Assembly (NCBI RefSeq): GCF_964355755.1 | Contig: NC_092674.1 | Coordinates: 7,068,001 to 7,132,000 of the forward strand | Direction of reading: 5' to 3' | Length of the DNA: 64,000 bases | Origin: Antedon mediterranea | Lineage: Eukaryota > Animalia > Echinodermata | Part shown: positions 40,322 through 53,143 of the stretch, in pieces | Position numbering within the stretch: the first letter of the stretch is position 1 | How the letters are laid out: each line of letters starts with the position of its first letter | Position numbers and translations under genes: made by a program | Notes under the pieces: generated by a model | Databases searched by the model: none | Told to the model about the DNA's origin: nothing | The model's input: the letters and a program-made list of their open reading frames with translations, nothing else

Positions 40322-41118
40322 GGTTGGTGTTTGGATAGGTTGTAAAATTCCTGTTTATCATTACTTACCAAATTTGATATTAACATTCTGATCTTAAACG
40401 GAAAATATTTTGTGTACGTTCACAAATTTCCAAGCAAGTTTGTTTAATTAACTTGTTGGCTCACATGTGGTTACTACCTTAATTAAAATGGTCATATTGT
40501 GCATGGTGATGGGAGTAGGCCTATAATCACAAAATCATGTTTATGTACTTCTAGACGGTGATTTGGCTTAAAGTTCGTAAAAAGAAAAAAATAACTATTT
40601 TGGCACAAATGGCGTATCATAACTACGGAAGTTATAATAGTGGTAGTGGTATGTTGTGGTATATATAGCAACTATTGTTAACGTAAATTGGTTTGTTTTA
40701 CCTATTTGATTGATCGTTATTATTGATCATCTTGGGGATCTCGTAAAGGAAAATGGGTATATTACGTATCCCCACCAGGGACTACAACTGAATATCAACT
40801 TTCAAGTAATCGTACGAAAGCTTTTAAAAGAATAAACACACTAAATACATAACATAACCTGGCCCACTTCTTGTATGACCATTTCATCCAAAATTTTAAA
40901 AAATGAACAAAATAATGCAAACAAATAACACACTAAACACCACCAACCGTTTGTCAAACCTGCTGTGTAGCATTGAACGGCTTGAACAAGTGGGTTGTGA
41001 AAGCCGGGTTCTAAAGAAATAATCATTGTTAAATTCAATTTTAACCGAACCAATTAGAAGAGACCGAACTGTAGGCCTCTACAGAATAAATTGATAAAAT
41101 GAACCATATTAACACAAA

Positions 41119-41273
41119 TGCTTGGTTCACACTAGAGACGCAACGTAAGTACGTAACGCAACGTAAATGATTTGACAAATCATAAGCGATGGACAATTCG
41201 ACATTCGCTTGTCATCGGTCAACTCACTTGCGCTTCCTTACTCCTTAAGTTGCGTACTAGTGGGAATGAAGCT
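41119..41273. mobile_element. Harbinger-like MITE (same TIR family as 722 and 45817)
   Basis: gcttggttcacactag ... ctagtgggaatgaagct followed by TTA, with internal acgcaacgtaa motifs. Confidence 0.6.
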
Positions 41274-41631
41274 TTAGGCCTAGAAGGTTTAGTATATATC
41301 TTCGGTTAATCATGAAAATAATAGTCGATTAACAGCTTCTTGTGATTCCGAGTAGTACAATCCCCTTCTACCCCTCACCCCACTCCTCCTTGGACAATTA
41401 ATTGCATGTAAATGCTTTTATTAAAGTAGATTCATATTAATGATACATTGTACCCAACAATATAGGGGTGAATAAGGGTTGGTCTGGCCCTTGCTTTTAT
41501 ACATTATTTTCCTTCGTTCGTTTCACGAAAAAAGTGTCCATTGAGTAGGATTGTACAAAGGGAGGGGTTATACTGATGTGTGTTGGGCGGTTTTGGAAAT
41601 GTTCTTGTTTTTATTCGTAATTAGAGCCTTA

Positions 41632-41867
41632 AGCTCTGTCTACACTATCAAACTAGTTTGATAAAAAAAAAGTGTGATGTGCCCAAGGATGGTAGTGATT
41701 TGGTTTGTCAAAATAGATTTTTTAAATATCGTATCTTCAAACCAAATGAACATTTTCAATCATCGTAGCGATATACTTAAATATGGCAGTGACATGCCCA
41801 AATATGGTAGTGATATTACATCATCATGTCCATATATGGGCATATCACATAAAGTGTAGACAAGGCT
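41632..41867. mobile_element. Harbinger-like MITE with internal tandem repeats
   Basis: TTA|agctctgtctacact ... agtgtagacaaggct|TTA, with internal gtga..tgcccaaatatggtagtgat repeats. Confidence 0.65.
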
Positions 41868-42013
41868 TTAAGTTAGACTAATCGTATAAATATCCACCTA
41901 ATTAAACTACGGTATTTTGTATCAAAACATACATGTATACATACAGCAGGAATGTATACATAGAACATTTATTATTTGTATCTATAAAAATGACAAATTC
42001 TATACAAAAAAAT

Positions 42014-42085
42014 TGACCCCGACGTGACTTGAACACGCAGTCTTCTGAACTGGAGTCAGACGCCTTACCATTTGGCCACAGGGTC
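42014..42085 (-). tRNA. trnW-CCA: tRNA-Trp(CCA)
   Basis: Reverse complement GACCCTGTGGCCAAATGGTAAGGCGTCTGACTCCAGTTCAGAAGACTGCGTGTTCAAGTCACGTCGGGGTCA: 72-nt cloverleaf, CCA anticodon, T7 terminator. Confidence 0.92.
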
Positions 42086-42257
42086 TCCTTGTAGTATCTA
42101 TCCGAATGTCACAATGTTTAATTCAGCGATTTAAAGATGATGAAACATGATACAACTTGTATTGTATTGATTACGTCATATTACGCAGGTTTATACAAAC
42201 TTGTCAAGTTGTTCAATGTTTAAAAAATTGAGGAATATTGCGTTAATAATAGTCTTA

Positions 42258-42373
42258 AAATAATATTCTTGATTAATTTAATTAATTAGCCCTGGTAACA
42301 AAAATAAAATGAACTACTTTTATTTTATTTTGGTTACCAGGGCGGATTAATTAAATTAATCAAGAATATTATT
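42258..42373. repeat. Near-perfect foldback inverted repeat (~50-bp arms), probable small MITE
   Basis: taatattcttgattaatttaattaattagccctggtaacaaaaataaaat versus attttattttggttaccagggcggattaattaaattaatcaagaatatta. Confidence 0.75.
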
Positions 42374-42439
42374 ACTTTTATTTTAGTTTTATTTTTGTTA
42401 GACCTTATTTATAGAAGGTGACCGTAAAAAGGGTATTCT

Positions 42440-42546
42440 GACAATCAAGGGCCCCTCTTGATGAGTGACAGTGGCTGTGATATACTAGAACACCGGGGTA
42501 CCCCCTACTCGTCTCGAAAGATGTACTAGGTTCTTTAAAGTGCACA
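42440..42546. mobile_element. Possible SINE central-domain fragment
   Basis: aacaccggggtaccccctactcgtctcgaa...ggttctttaaagtgcac resembles, from memory, a conserved invertebrate SINE core. Not verified. Confidence 0.3.
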
Positions 42547-43088
42547 TTAGCACTTGCCGATGAAATCTATAAGAAAAGAACATTTAGGGATAATTTTTCA
42601 ATTTCAATTAAATTTTGCTTTTATTTCGGATTCACATTCATAGTTACAAATCATTGCAGCACGTAAGAAAAAACAAGTATAAATATATAAACAAAACAAA
42701 AATAGAAACAAAATACACCGGTGTATCAGATCATCTGATCATCATCAGACAATCGTTTTGTAATGGAGCCTGGATAATTTAAACGATGATACCATAATAT
42801 ATTATTTCTGCTTGTCAGTGGCATATATCTTTTATGTCTTCACAAATTGATTAGTAATTTAAAGAAATACATATCTGTTAATTATTTAATGCGCAATTCA
42901 TGATTAAAACAAATATTTACAAATTATTATTATTGAGCATCATAGTTAGCGTATAAGTCTCCATATCTTTTTAATAGCTATTTGATTATATATTTATGTT
43001 TAACGTTGTAGGGTATTACAGCAGCATGAATGTATCGCAAAATATTTAAATTCATATAAATAGCAAATACGTTTATATTTAAAAAAAA

Positions 43089-43160
43089 TGACCCCGACGT
43101 GACTCGAACACGCAGTCTTCTGATCTGGAGTCAGACGCCTTACCATTTGGCCACGGAGTC
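43089..43160 (-). tRNA. trnW-CCA: tRNA-Trp(CCA)
   Basis: Reverse complement GACTCCGTGGCCAAATGGTAAGGCGTCTGACTCCAGATCAGAAGACTGCGTGTTCGAGTCACGTCGGGGTCA: intact cloverleaf, long T-run terminator. Confidence 0.94.
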
Positions 43161-45004
43161 TTCCTATTTAAAAGTGTCTATTAACCCGAATTTCAAAAAT
43201 TTAGGCCCAATAGTATAGTGATTTATTATAGTGTATTAAGGATGATGTAATGATGAGAAATTGTAGTCACTGTGTTTACGTCATTTAATTATGCGTATTG
43301 TATAAAATTACACATTTATTCAGTTCATCAAGAAAAAAGAAATAGATACTAATGTTAATAATCTAAATATAATCTTGATTAATAAATATAATAATTAATA
43401 TTAATAATAGATTCATAATCGTGTGTGTAGCATGGAACTAGGTGTACAGTATACATGATGTATGTATTGAAGGATATCATTGGTGCTAACTAATTTCCTA
43501 CCGATGATCTAAGGAGTCATCTGATTGGTCAATATGGTCTCAGTTCAATGTATTCTGATAATCGATCACGGGCCAGTAAATATTTATTTATGTATTTCTA
43601 AAAATTATACTTTTTAAACAGTAGATTTGCTATTATTGATATCTGAAACAAAATTATGGTATAAGAGCAGTAGGACCAGTTATTTATATGAATACAAGAA
43701 TATTCAAATTTTAATTTATTTTTTCTCCAAACAATATCCTCATCAGAGTACTTTATGTGAACCAATTTTCGACCGTCCTAAAAGAACTTTAATATAGTTT
43801 CGTACAATTTTGCCCGGCCCTACATCATGTTTTCTCTTCTCGCACAATTAGCGCGTCCCAACAAAACGAAAAACGATTATTTGTTATTATAGCGATCTGT
43901 TTGTCACCCTGAAAAAATATTGTTTTTACAATTTTTTGTTGAATATGCTATTTTAATGTCACATAATAGTTATACACAAAAATTGAAGCGAAAAATTAGG
44001 CCTAGTCAAATTGACAAATTGATGGGTTTTCGGTTGAATTTATTCATTTATTTTGTCATTTTATTAGTGAAAACATGGAATTTTTTCGTGGTTTTTTCAA
44101 CGCAAGAAAAATAACTTATTCAAAGTCTGATTTAATAATTTATCTTATTTTTGGGGGACAATACATCTACATCTTTAAGGAAATAAATCTATTAATTAAT
44201 TTGCATATTTTTTTTCCGGAAATAAATATTTTAAAATATCATAAAACTTGCTGTATAATTAATTAAGTTATAAATAGACATAATTCAAATTCTACTTAAT
44301 CTGACGGATTTTAAAGTCAATGCAATTTTATTTCGTAGTTTTATTATTAAAATTTTAAGTCGATTTTGAAGAGCCGTTTTCCACTTTCGTGTGAAAGCAG
44401 GCTAACGTCAAGGATTTAATCTACAGTCAACCTGTCTTGTTTAAGTGGACTGACCACAATTCTGTATTTGATGACGTCATTTGTGAAGTTAGTTTTAGCC
44501 GTGGGGATTGCGGTATATTTATGTTCAATTATGATTATTTATAACATAATAGGCCTACAAACAATGCGGACGATGAATAAACACAACCGCGCTTTTATTT
44601 ATGGTCAGAATGTACCGCAAAAAGGAAGCATAATGTAAATATACCGACACGCAACATAGGCCTACCGTATGTCACTGAACTTTAATACATGACAGTGGCA
44701 CTAACTTTCCCCGTTAAAAAATGAATAATATTATGTTTACACCAATTAGCGTATATAAGCCCATTGATTTACATCTTTACCCCACCGTCCATGTACGTTA
44801 TCCTTATTTCGCGTCTTCGCGCCCCCCCCCCCCCTCCCACCCATCATTTCATCATTTTCACACGTACAATAATTAACACAAAACAGTTCTCACTACTGTA
44901 CTTTTATTTCGTCATAATAGTTATCTTTACAATTAATGCATATGAAACAGATTTTTTTTTAAAGCCCAAACACAATTCACAACATTTAAAATCTAGGTCC
45001 ATGA

Positions 45005-45215
45005 AGCTTGGTTCCCTCTTCAACGCAAGGATGTATGCAAGCGCAGCGCAAGTGAGCTTACCAATTACAAGTGAAATTTCGGATGATAATAATAATAATA
45101 ATAATAGCAGGATTTTTATAGCGCACATACCACTCAAGAGTGCTCAAGGCGCATTCAATTTGGTCAATTTGCGTTTTGCGCCTACGTAATTGCGTTACGT
45201 CATGAGTGGGAACCA
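45005..45215. mobile_element. Degenerate Harbinger-like MITE with internal (AAT)n
   Basis: agcttggttccctct ... gagtgggaacca termini. Confidence 0.45.
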
Positions 45216-45816
45216 TATAATTATTTGGTCTCCAGAATGTCTCAGGTTTCGGATTGTGAAAGAGGGATTCAATCATAGCCCCGGCGCTACCGGTTAGGGG
45301 TAGGCCTACATGGTGGCACCGGGTCTTATTCGGTCCCCCTTCATCTGTCGTGATGATGGTGCCTTCTTCGTGACAGTTCAACCTGTGTGTATACACACAA
45401 CTGTTCTTGCATTGTTATCCACTTACAATGCGTGTACCTAATGTTTACACGTTACATTGCACTTGTACGGGTTTATTCTTCAATTCGTTTGCTCATCACA
45501 CTCATGGGGCTAGGTAAGATTCACCTCTGACCTTCTTCTGCGTCAATCCATGCCAAGCTATTTTTGTATTGTTTAGTTAGTTATTAAAATAGGATAATCG
45601 TGGATAATAATAGCAATTTACTGGGTTTCGTGGAATATCAACGGCACGTTTAACAAATAGACTTGAAAAAAACAATCTTTATTTCCTTTAAAAAAAACCA
45701 CATTAGGCCTAAGATAGAGGATGTCTGACGAAGGCAAAGCCTGACAAACGCTGTACATCTTCACAATTATACACATAAAGCAGAATTTCAATAAGTATCG
45801 CTTATGATTTCTTTTA

Positions 45817-46026
45817 AGCGTGGTTCCCACTAGAACGTAACGCAGCGACGTATCGACGGAAAGTGCTGTATTACGTAATCACAAGTGGGAACCGACGACG
45901 AGGCAACAGTGCTGCAAATATCGCAGCTTTGATTTCACGCAGACGGGGGAAAATACAATTATTGGAAGGGCATTTTCTTACGTTGCGTAGTGTGCGTTAC
46001 GTTACGTCGCTAGTGGGAACCACGCT
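45817..46026. mobile_element. Harbinger-like MITE, perfect 17-bp TIR, TTA target-site duplication
   Basis: TTA|AGCGTGGTTCCCACTAG ... CTAGTGGGAACCACGCT|TTA. Confidence 0.8.
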
Positions 46027-46794
46027 TTAGGCCTAATAGACATTCCAAATAAAAAAAATCAATCTTTATATTTCCATTTAAAAAAACACATTAAAATGGA
46101 AGTTTGACATTTTCAAAGCGTTACGTTGTACACCTTCACAACAACAGCGTTTTGATATAAGTCTCGCTTATATAAATGTCTTATAGGATAGGACTGTAGC
46201 CTATTTCTTGTTTTCATTATAACAATTAGGTGTCGAGTAACCATTCAAATAGTGTGTAAATTGTTCTTATTTCACACGCAAAAGAAATACATAAGACGTA
46301 ATGGTATTTAAATTATATTTGTGGTTCGCGGATTGTATTTCTAGTCGCCGACGGCGATCAGTCAATAGAAACTGACTTACATAAATGGCATCTCTCGATT
46401 GACTGAATTAAGTGCAATAATTTAGTAACACGAGTACAGCGATTACACATACTCACTATTAACTAAACATAACAAACGCTTTGATAGGTGAGAATCTTCC
46501 GGCAATTTTTACAATTTGACGAATTCTAGAGCTGTCAAATCTTTGTCTTATTGTGTGAAAAGATATTTCAGTAATCAAATACAAGTTGTTTGGTCTTGCT
46601 TATATACTTTATATAGGCCAACTAACTGTAATCAGTTTATGCAAACGTTCATTTGGGTTTTATAAAACCATTCGCCTTTTATTACACGGGCCACGAACAA
46701 CTAGCACCATCCCTTGGTCCCAACCGTAGGCCTATCCACCTAAAAGCATAGCAGTGGGAACTGACTTTTTGAAGTTCGTCAGAGTGTGAACGAG

Positions 46795-46920
46795 AGTTAA
46801 ACGGCGGCAAAGGTACTATTAGCGCCACGTGGTGCTATACGATCTTGAACGGCGGGGGTATCGATGATGTTGACATGCGCGCGCACGCGTACCTCATGTA
46901 TAATGTTGTTACGCGCCAAA
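46795..46920 (+). promoter_or_regulatory. CpG-rich putative promoter of the downstream gene (E-box CACGTG, GC-alternating tract)
   Basis: Local CpG enrichment 90-200 bp before ATG 47007: gccacgtgg and catgcgcgcgcacgcgt. Confidence 0.4.
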
Positions 46921-47006
46921 TATGAAAGATGCAATATTAAAATACAAAACAAAAAGACCCACCAAATAAAATAATTTTAGTACATCATCCTAATATTACT
47001 GTAATT

Positions 47007-48747
47007 ATGGATAGTCTTAAAAAACAGATAAAAGGAAAGGGACAAACTGATGAAGTTAAGTTGATTAATGAAAATGTACCGGTAAGTAACCAAGACACAG
47101 AGATAGTAATAGCCTAGACCAGGTAGATAGGCCTAAGTAAATGTGTTTATTATTAGTAGACACTAGGCTAGGCCTAGCCCTTGTCTGGTACTGGCCCACT
47201 TTATACATAATGCCTAATGATGCTTTCCGCATGTTGATCCCGATATCTCAGTGCAAGAAATCTGTTTGTGGAAAATAATATTCCATCGTTTTATCAGTCT
47301 TGAGGTTGACGATCGACCATTTACAGTTTTCAGTGAATTACTCTAAGCCTATATTTGTTTTATTTTCATGCAACTTCTCTAAAGACGTTAAGCATGCTTT
47401 TGAAGGATGGTAAGTATAGGTCCTATGTATAATCTAAAATGAATATATTTTAATATTATTAATTTTGCCTAAATCATTTGTTTATACTATTAAGCATTAT
47501 GCTAGACCTAGACCTAGCCTATATACTGTTTAAATATTAGGAACAATAATGTGTATGTACAGTATATGCATTTGTATAACTCTGTACTGTACTGCTGCCA
47601 AGATAGCGCCGAGAACTTTTCCAGAGAAAGAAAGAGGGCGCTATGATAAATATAAAACAAAGTCATGTATAAAGATATAACCTTGCTCCAAGTCTGTATT
47701 TATTGTCTTTTTTATGTCATTCCACACGTCGTCGTTTTGATTTTTGTCTGAAAATACAACTCAAGTAATACACGTATGAAACGCCGTATGTTCAAAAATA
47801 TTTATATTTTTACTAATATTAAGACAAAACTCCGTCTGGAGCCCAGACTAATAAAGATACGGCTACTGATAAACCGTATAATATAATTTTGATCTATTCT
47901 TAAGGTATTCATTGGAAAGCAAAGTACTTATCAGTGGTAAGTGGTTCCTGTTCATAACATATCAATTAGGAACATATACTATTACTAGAGATAATAATGA
48001 TGATGATGATGATGATGATGATGATGGGGATTATGATAATGACGATGATGATGATTCCGAGATGATGATGATTCCGAAATGATGATGACGAAAACAGGCC
48101 TCCTACAAATGATGCTAAACAAAGAAAAATATGACGTTATTTTGTCTTTCTAGATTCCTAAAAATAAGCCTATAGTTCCCATCGTAAAAACGGAATCCGT
48201 TACAAGCATCACACAAAGTAAACTCGCAAGATTCATTGAAGCTGAAGATATGACAGCTCTAAATAAGGATAAACATGTTCCTTATTTGTTGTGGGATTCA
48301 CTCAGCGCTTTCATTAATTATACAGACATGTACAAAGGTAACTCTTGACGTATTTCCCACGTAAATCTATTATACTTTGATTGATTTTGTAAACATCTGA
48401 AATATTACATTTAATTATTGAATTATAATAATTATTATATTATAATATTTCTTTATTATTCAACAGTTAGGAAACGGTATTCCCATGTGGCTAAGATTAA
48501 AGATGATGAAAACAACAGCCCTTCGACAGTTACAGATGCAACCACTACCACCACCAGCAGCAGTAATAGTCCAACATTGAAACAAGAAATGTCGCCCTCT
48601 ATATCGTCACACGAAGAGGTTTCGCTGGACGAGTACGATCATTTCTCATCATTTGCCGAAGCTTTAGAGTCGGCAAATCAAACAAAAGTTAACAGTAAAA
48701 TAAACGAAATTGCTTTGTGTCTTAAAAATGAACAATCAACAGAATAA
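47007..48747 (+). CDS. Spliced 5-exon gene, uncharacterised 198-aa protein with Ser/Thr-rich acidic C-terminal part
   Basis: Exons 47007-47081, 47385-47409, 47905-47936, 48154-48337 and 48467-48747. All introns are GT..AG (three GTAAGT donors) with phases 0/1/0/1, joining into one open frame MDSLKKQIKGKGQTDEVKLINENVP-TLSMLLKDG-IHWKAKYLSV-IPKNKPIV...TDMYK-VRKRYSH...EQSTE*. Confidence 0.7.
47990..48089. repeat. (GAT)n microsatellite, intronic
   Basis: gatgatgat run with degenerate extensions. Confidence 0.85.
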
Positions 48748-49039
48748 TTTTGATTATGCGAACTATTTTATTGTATGATATACTATATAGCTATATATTT
48801 TTTAACAAATAATATAATACATCATGTACTTTTATAAACAAAAATACAGTAGGCAGGCCTACATAAAATTTCTTTTAATTTTATCATTTCTTCAATTTAA
48901 TAAACTCTAAACTCGGCCCTTTTTTTAAATTAGGCATACGTAAAACAATTAATTTTTTTATTCATAACTAAACTATTTTTTGAAAATACCTTATTTCTAT
49001 ACGTTGCATATATTTGTATCCGTAAATATCAGGAATGCA

Positions 49040-49123
49040 TTTACAATTTAAGTAATAATTGGTTATTTAATAAATATATTTTTACAATTTAAGTAATAAG
49101 TGGTTATTTTATAAATATATTTT
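49040..49123. repeat. ~42-bp tandem duplication
   Basis: tttacaatttaagtaataa(t/g)tggttattt(a/t)ataaatatatttt occurs twice. Confidence 0.75.
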
Positions 49124-49371
49124 TCATCCAAATAAAGTGTTTTAATTATGTAAAACGTTTTAACATTTCAACTTCAATATCATCAAACATATCATTTTGT
49201 TCTGCTTAGCGCCCTCTTTGTTGAGTTTCAATCGTCTGCTGTTATGTTTTTTGACCTACCTTTATGTGAGTGTCGTGTCGAGAAAGTGTGCTATAAAAGT
49301 CTTTTGCTAACGTAATGTCATTCAATGTTAACTTTTCGTTCTTTCGCTCGTTTTTCTGATTATATAAACTC

Positions 49372-49456
49372 ATGGGATATATACGTCGAAATAGTGTTAT
49401 TCTTTTAACTTTAATAGGTTTTGCTGTATGTTTCATTACACTTTCAAACAACCAAG
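49372..49456 (+). CDS. MGAT4: Exon 1 of probable MGAT4A/B-like N-acetylglucosaminyltransferase IV (type II signal anchor)
   Basis: MGYIRRNSVILLTLIGFAVCFITLSNNQ then G|GTAAGT: short basic tail plus transmembrane segment, phase 1 matching exon 2. Confidence 0.65.
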
Positions 49457-49672
49457 GTAAGTAAGTGTGACCGTTCAAACTCATTCATATGCCGGTTGGT
49501 GGGTCGATGATAGAGAGCACACTAGCTAAGGCCTAACAACAGTAACACCTCGCCGAAGGCCTGGCCTGGGTGGGAGTGTCAATTTTGTTGTTATCTACGT
49601 CATGTCCAAATTAATTTTTTTTTAAATTTAAAATTATAATCATTATGTACAATTTAAATGCCAGCGGAAAGG

Positions 49673-49880
49673 GAAGACATGGAATAATTTCGCCAGTGTA
49701 GCAAGCATAGCAAAAAGCTATACAAAACAACCTTTATTGCTAGGCTAGGCCTACACATTTATAAAATTGTGTAGCAAAAAATACAATACAAAACTATGTT
49801 TCTTGACTCAAAAATCAGTTTGATTAGCAATATTGCTAAACAAAATTACAAAATGAAATTTTCCCCTGGAAGAGAAAGAA
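49673..49880 (+). repeat. Interspersed repeat, second copy at 58114-58289
   Basis: Long shared block aaaattgtgtagcaaaaaatacaatacaaaactatgttt...gtttgattagcaatattgcta...aaaatgaaattt. Confidence 0.75.
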
Positions 49881-51161
49881 TCGTAACACAACACAACATT
49901 TTAATTTTAAATTCAATTCAACACTGACTGACTGCTGAGTGAGTTATATTAGACTGCTGAGTGAGAGTGAGGTGACAACTAGCTTAGTAGGCTGCCTCCT
50001 TGAGCTAAAGTATCTGGGCTAGGTCTAAACAAGAAAACTTGAGGAGACAAGATTGTTGGTCTACATCGGTACTATTATTACGCCTGAGCCTACTGCAGGA
50101 TTTAATAACAGGTAAATAAAGGCATCGGAGATCCAAAAAAAAGCATCACCTTTTTGAAGACATCTTTGATTTTGTGTTCTGTCCAACAGGTGGGGATCTA
50201 AACTTCAAAGTAATTTAATTAATATGCCTTTTTTTACACAGCCTTTTTATGAAAAAAAGTACTGTAGCCTTGGCATAAAAAAAAAAATAAAAAATTCAGG
50301 GGAAAATATAATTAGGCCTAGAATTTTAACAATAAATAGTTAATCCAAATTGTTCAGTGATAATAGAATTGAGTTGAAGGACACTTGAGTTGGCAATAAA
50401 ATAAGGTATTAAAAGTAAGGTTATCTTGCCTAGCCTTTTCCATTTATAATCGTAGCAAAAGAAAAGCTACAAAAAAGCCTAACATTAATTTCCACACCTA
50501 TTTACAGTATGCACTTGAAAAAATGTATTAACAGTTTATTTTAAATGAACACTAATCCAGATGTACATAGATAATTTTGTTTTCACTCTACTGTAACATA
50601 ATTTTAAATTTTGAAATATATTTTTTGTGCCATAGATACTGTAGTACAAGTTAATTGGTTAGAAATTAAAAATAAGTTACTAATCCTATTGTCATGGACA
50701 TTCTACTGGCATAGTACCATGTCATAAGTAGTAAAACTAAGAATTAACTTTGTACCATAAGCCGTTTTTGTACTTTGTCCCATCATGCTTTGTGAACTGG
50801 ATCTTTATTTAGATGTAAAGAATGTGACATCCTCCCAGGACTTTCAGTTTCAGGTGTCCAGAGATTTCTGCATGGACAGTAGTAGGTGTGTTTAGTCTAG
50901 GTGGAAAGTTGGTGTCCCGCGCGCAACACAATTTTATCCTTTTTTTTCCGCTTGTGATTTAATTGCATTGTATAAACTGGTTGCATATTTTTGGTCTTAA
51001 TTTACAGTATCCCTTAAATGAGAGATTTAATCGAATAATTGTGTCATTTCAATGATCATTGCAAGGTTTTGGCTCCACTTATGGACCATTCCATTTATCT
51101 TGATGGAACTTATTATTGAAACTACTCTGTGCCTTCAAAATTAATTTTATTTACATTATAG

Positions 51162-51338
51162 ATACTGATAATAGATCTTTACGAATGGAATATGATGAGA
51201 AGGTAAAAAATTTAGATGAGAGGTTACAAGAAACTGTAAAGTTACACGAAGCAAGAAAAATAGAAATATATCATCTGCAACGGCAAGTTTCCCATGCATT
51301 AGAAGAACAAAAAAACATCAGTGCCTCTTTTCGTGATG
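51162..51338 (+). CDS. MGAT4: Exon 2 of probable MGAT4A/B-like enzyme (coiled-coil stem)
   Basis: ag|ATACTG...GATG|gtaagt, 177 nt, phase 1-1. DTDNRSLRMEYDEKVKNLDERLQETVKLHEARKIEIYHLQRQVSHALEEQ follows the Y..E...L.(E/D)RL........R..E stem pattern I recall from MGAT4A/B. The catalytic domain is not in the window. Confidence 0.68.
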
Positions 51339-52895
51339 GTAAGTTACTATACTATTATTAATTATGTTTTATTTTATGTGTGGGAAAGGATATTATTTTG
51401 GTTACCCAACCCCATATTCTAGGTATACAGTTTAGAACTATATGGAGGTAAGTATACCTTGCTGTAAGAAAGCTCTATAAAAATGCAATGTTTTCATACA
51501 TGCATAGTGGAGTGTTATCTTTCATGGCTAATTGACACAAATAAATAAAAAACAAAAAATAATTTAATTATCTTCTTTTATCAAGAATCATTATGCTGTA
51601 GAAAAATTTTGAAAAAGAATTTGATAGAGATCAAGAAAGTACAGAACTAGATTTAATAAGTGATTGAAGATCTATTTCAATTCAATTCTAATACAATCAG
51701 TCTATTTCATGCTTAGATTTACCAGGATAAACTGACCTTTTTTAAAACACATCAAATCCGTTAAAAATATCTGAAATTTGTTAACGTGCCAATTGTGTTG
51801 AGTTATCTTCTGATGAATTAACGAGTCAAATTGATTAATAAACGTGTCAAATTCGGTTAATAAAAATAAATATAGAAATGAAAAATTGCTAATTAAAATG
51901 TTGACTTGGCTACACAATTTATATTTTGATAGCCATTATGGCTATGCACAAATTGTGAATGAAAATATTTCCTGTTTAATAGTATTGTATTGTTTAAAGG
52001 GAGAAGTATACAATAGTAGTACAGTTTGCCTTGCTATATTTTGTAAAGGTTTGTACTAAGATATTGAGGTTTAATAATACTCTGTACAGTACAGTATGAA
52101 GGTAAATTGAACACTGCTGAAATCTGTAATGTTCTACTTGATAAAGAGTCATTAACCTAGACTCTAGAAGCTCATTAATCTACGTTCTATATTTGATACA
52201 TCACAAATGAGTTTACATAATGTTGTTATTTTTATCATTATGAAGTCAGGATAGGGAAGTGTGTGTTTGATAGTCAGGCGTGGCGTAGTGTAGTACAGTG
52301 GTGTACTTTGATCTGTGTACTCTTTGATAAAGTACAGTACAGTATACTCTAGGCCTAAGAATAAATAATCATTAATTAATGGCTTGGATCCCACAAAACA
52401 TAATTTTACCAATGACAATGACCTATTGATTTGTCAAATTTCTTATTTTAGTCTTTGCGTTGAACGTATCATAGTTTCATTGTAATTTATAGTTTCAATT
52501 GTTGTTTTATTTATAAAAAAGGAGATAAATAAACTGAACATTTTACTTTCACAAACAATAATAACTTGGATTGGATGCGAGAAGGGTTTGTTGATGCCCA
52601 ACACCCCCCCCCCTCTCCCTCCCAAGATGTTTCAAAATGAAACGTTAACTACAGTACAAAATAAACTGGGTTGGTAAGAAAGTACAGTAGATTCCCTATT
52701 ATTTTGGGCGACACTTTTAGTGTCTCCTGAATAGAGACTGGTTTTAATTAATAAACTATTAAAACATACAGTAGCTCCTCGTTCGTTTCACTGGTATGGA
52801 AAAGTGTCCCCTGAATAGGGATGTCCCCAAGGGGTTCTATACTTGCATATTGAATTGTGTACACTACAGCGACATACAGTACTGTATTTTTTTTC

Positions 52896-53143
52896 CTATA
52901 CTGATAGCCCTCCTCTTTACTGTAGCCCTCCCCTATTATACTGCACTGTATCCCTCTACTATAGAGTAACCCTCCTCTAAACTGTAGCCCTCCTCTATAC
53001 TGTAGCCCTCTTCTATACTGTAGCCCTCTTCTATACTGTAAGTGTAACCTTCCCATATATTGTAGCCCTCCCCTATTTATACTGCAGCCCTCCACTATAC
53101 ACTAGCTCTCCTATACTGTAGCCCTCCTCTATATTGTAGTCCT
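52896..53143. repeat. ~18-bp minisatellite (CTATACTGTAGCCCTCCT)
   Basis: About a dozen degenerate units. Confidence 0.85.

Noticed and set aside
44764-45396. 141-aa and 112-aa ORFs
   Set aside because: They run through a C-homopolymer, (AAT)n and a MITE, with no recognisable domain or splice support.
47990-48090. Asp-rich exon from the (GAT)n tract
   Set aside because: The Asp frame runs into a stop, and the flanking exons splice in frame without it.
52748-53095. 115-aa ORF with GLQYRR repeats
   Set aside because: Translation of the 18-bp minisatellite.
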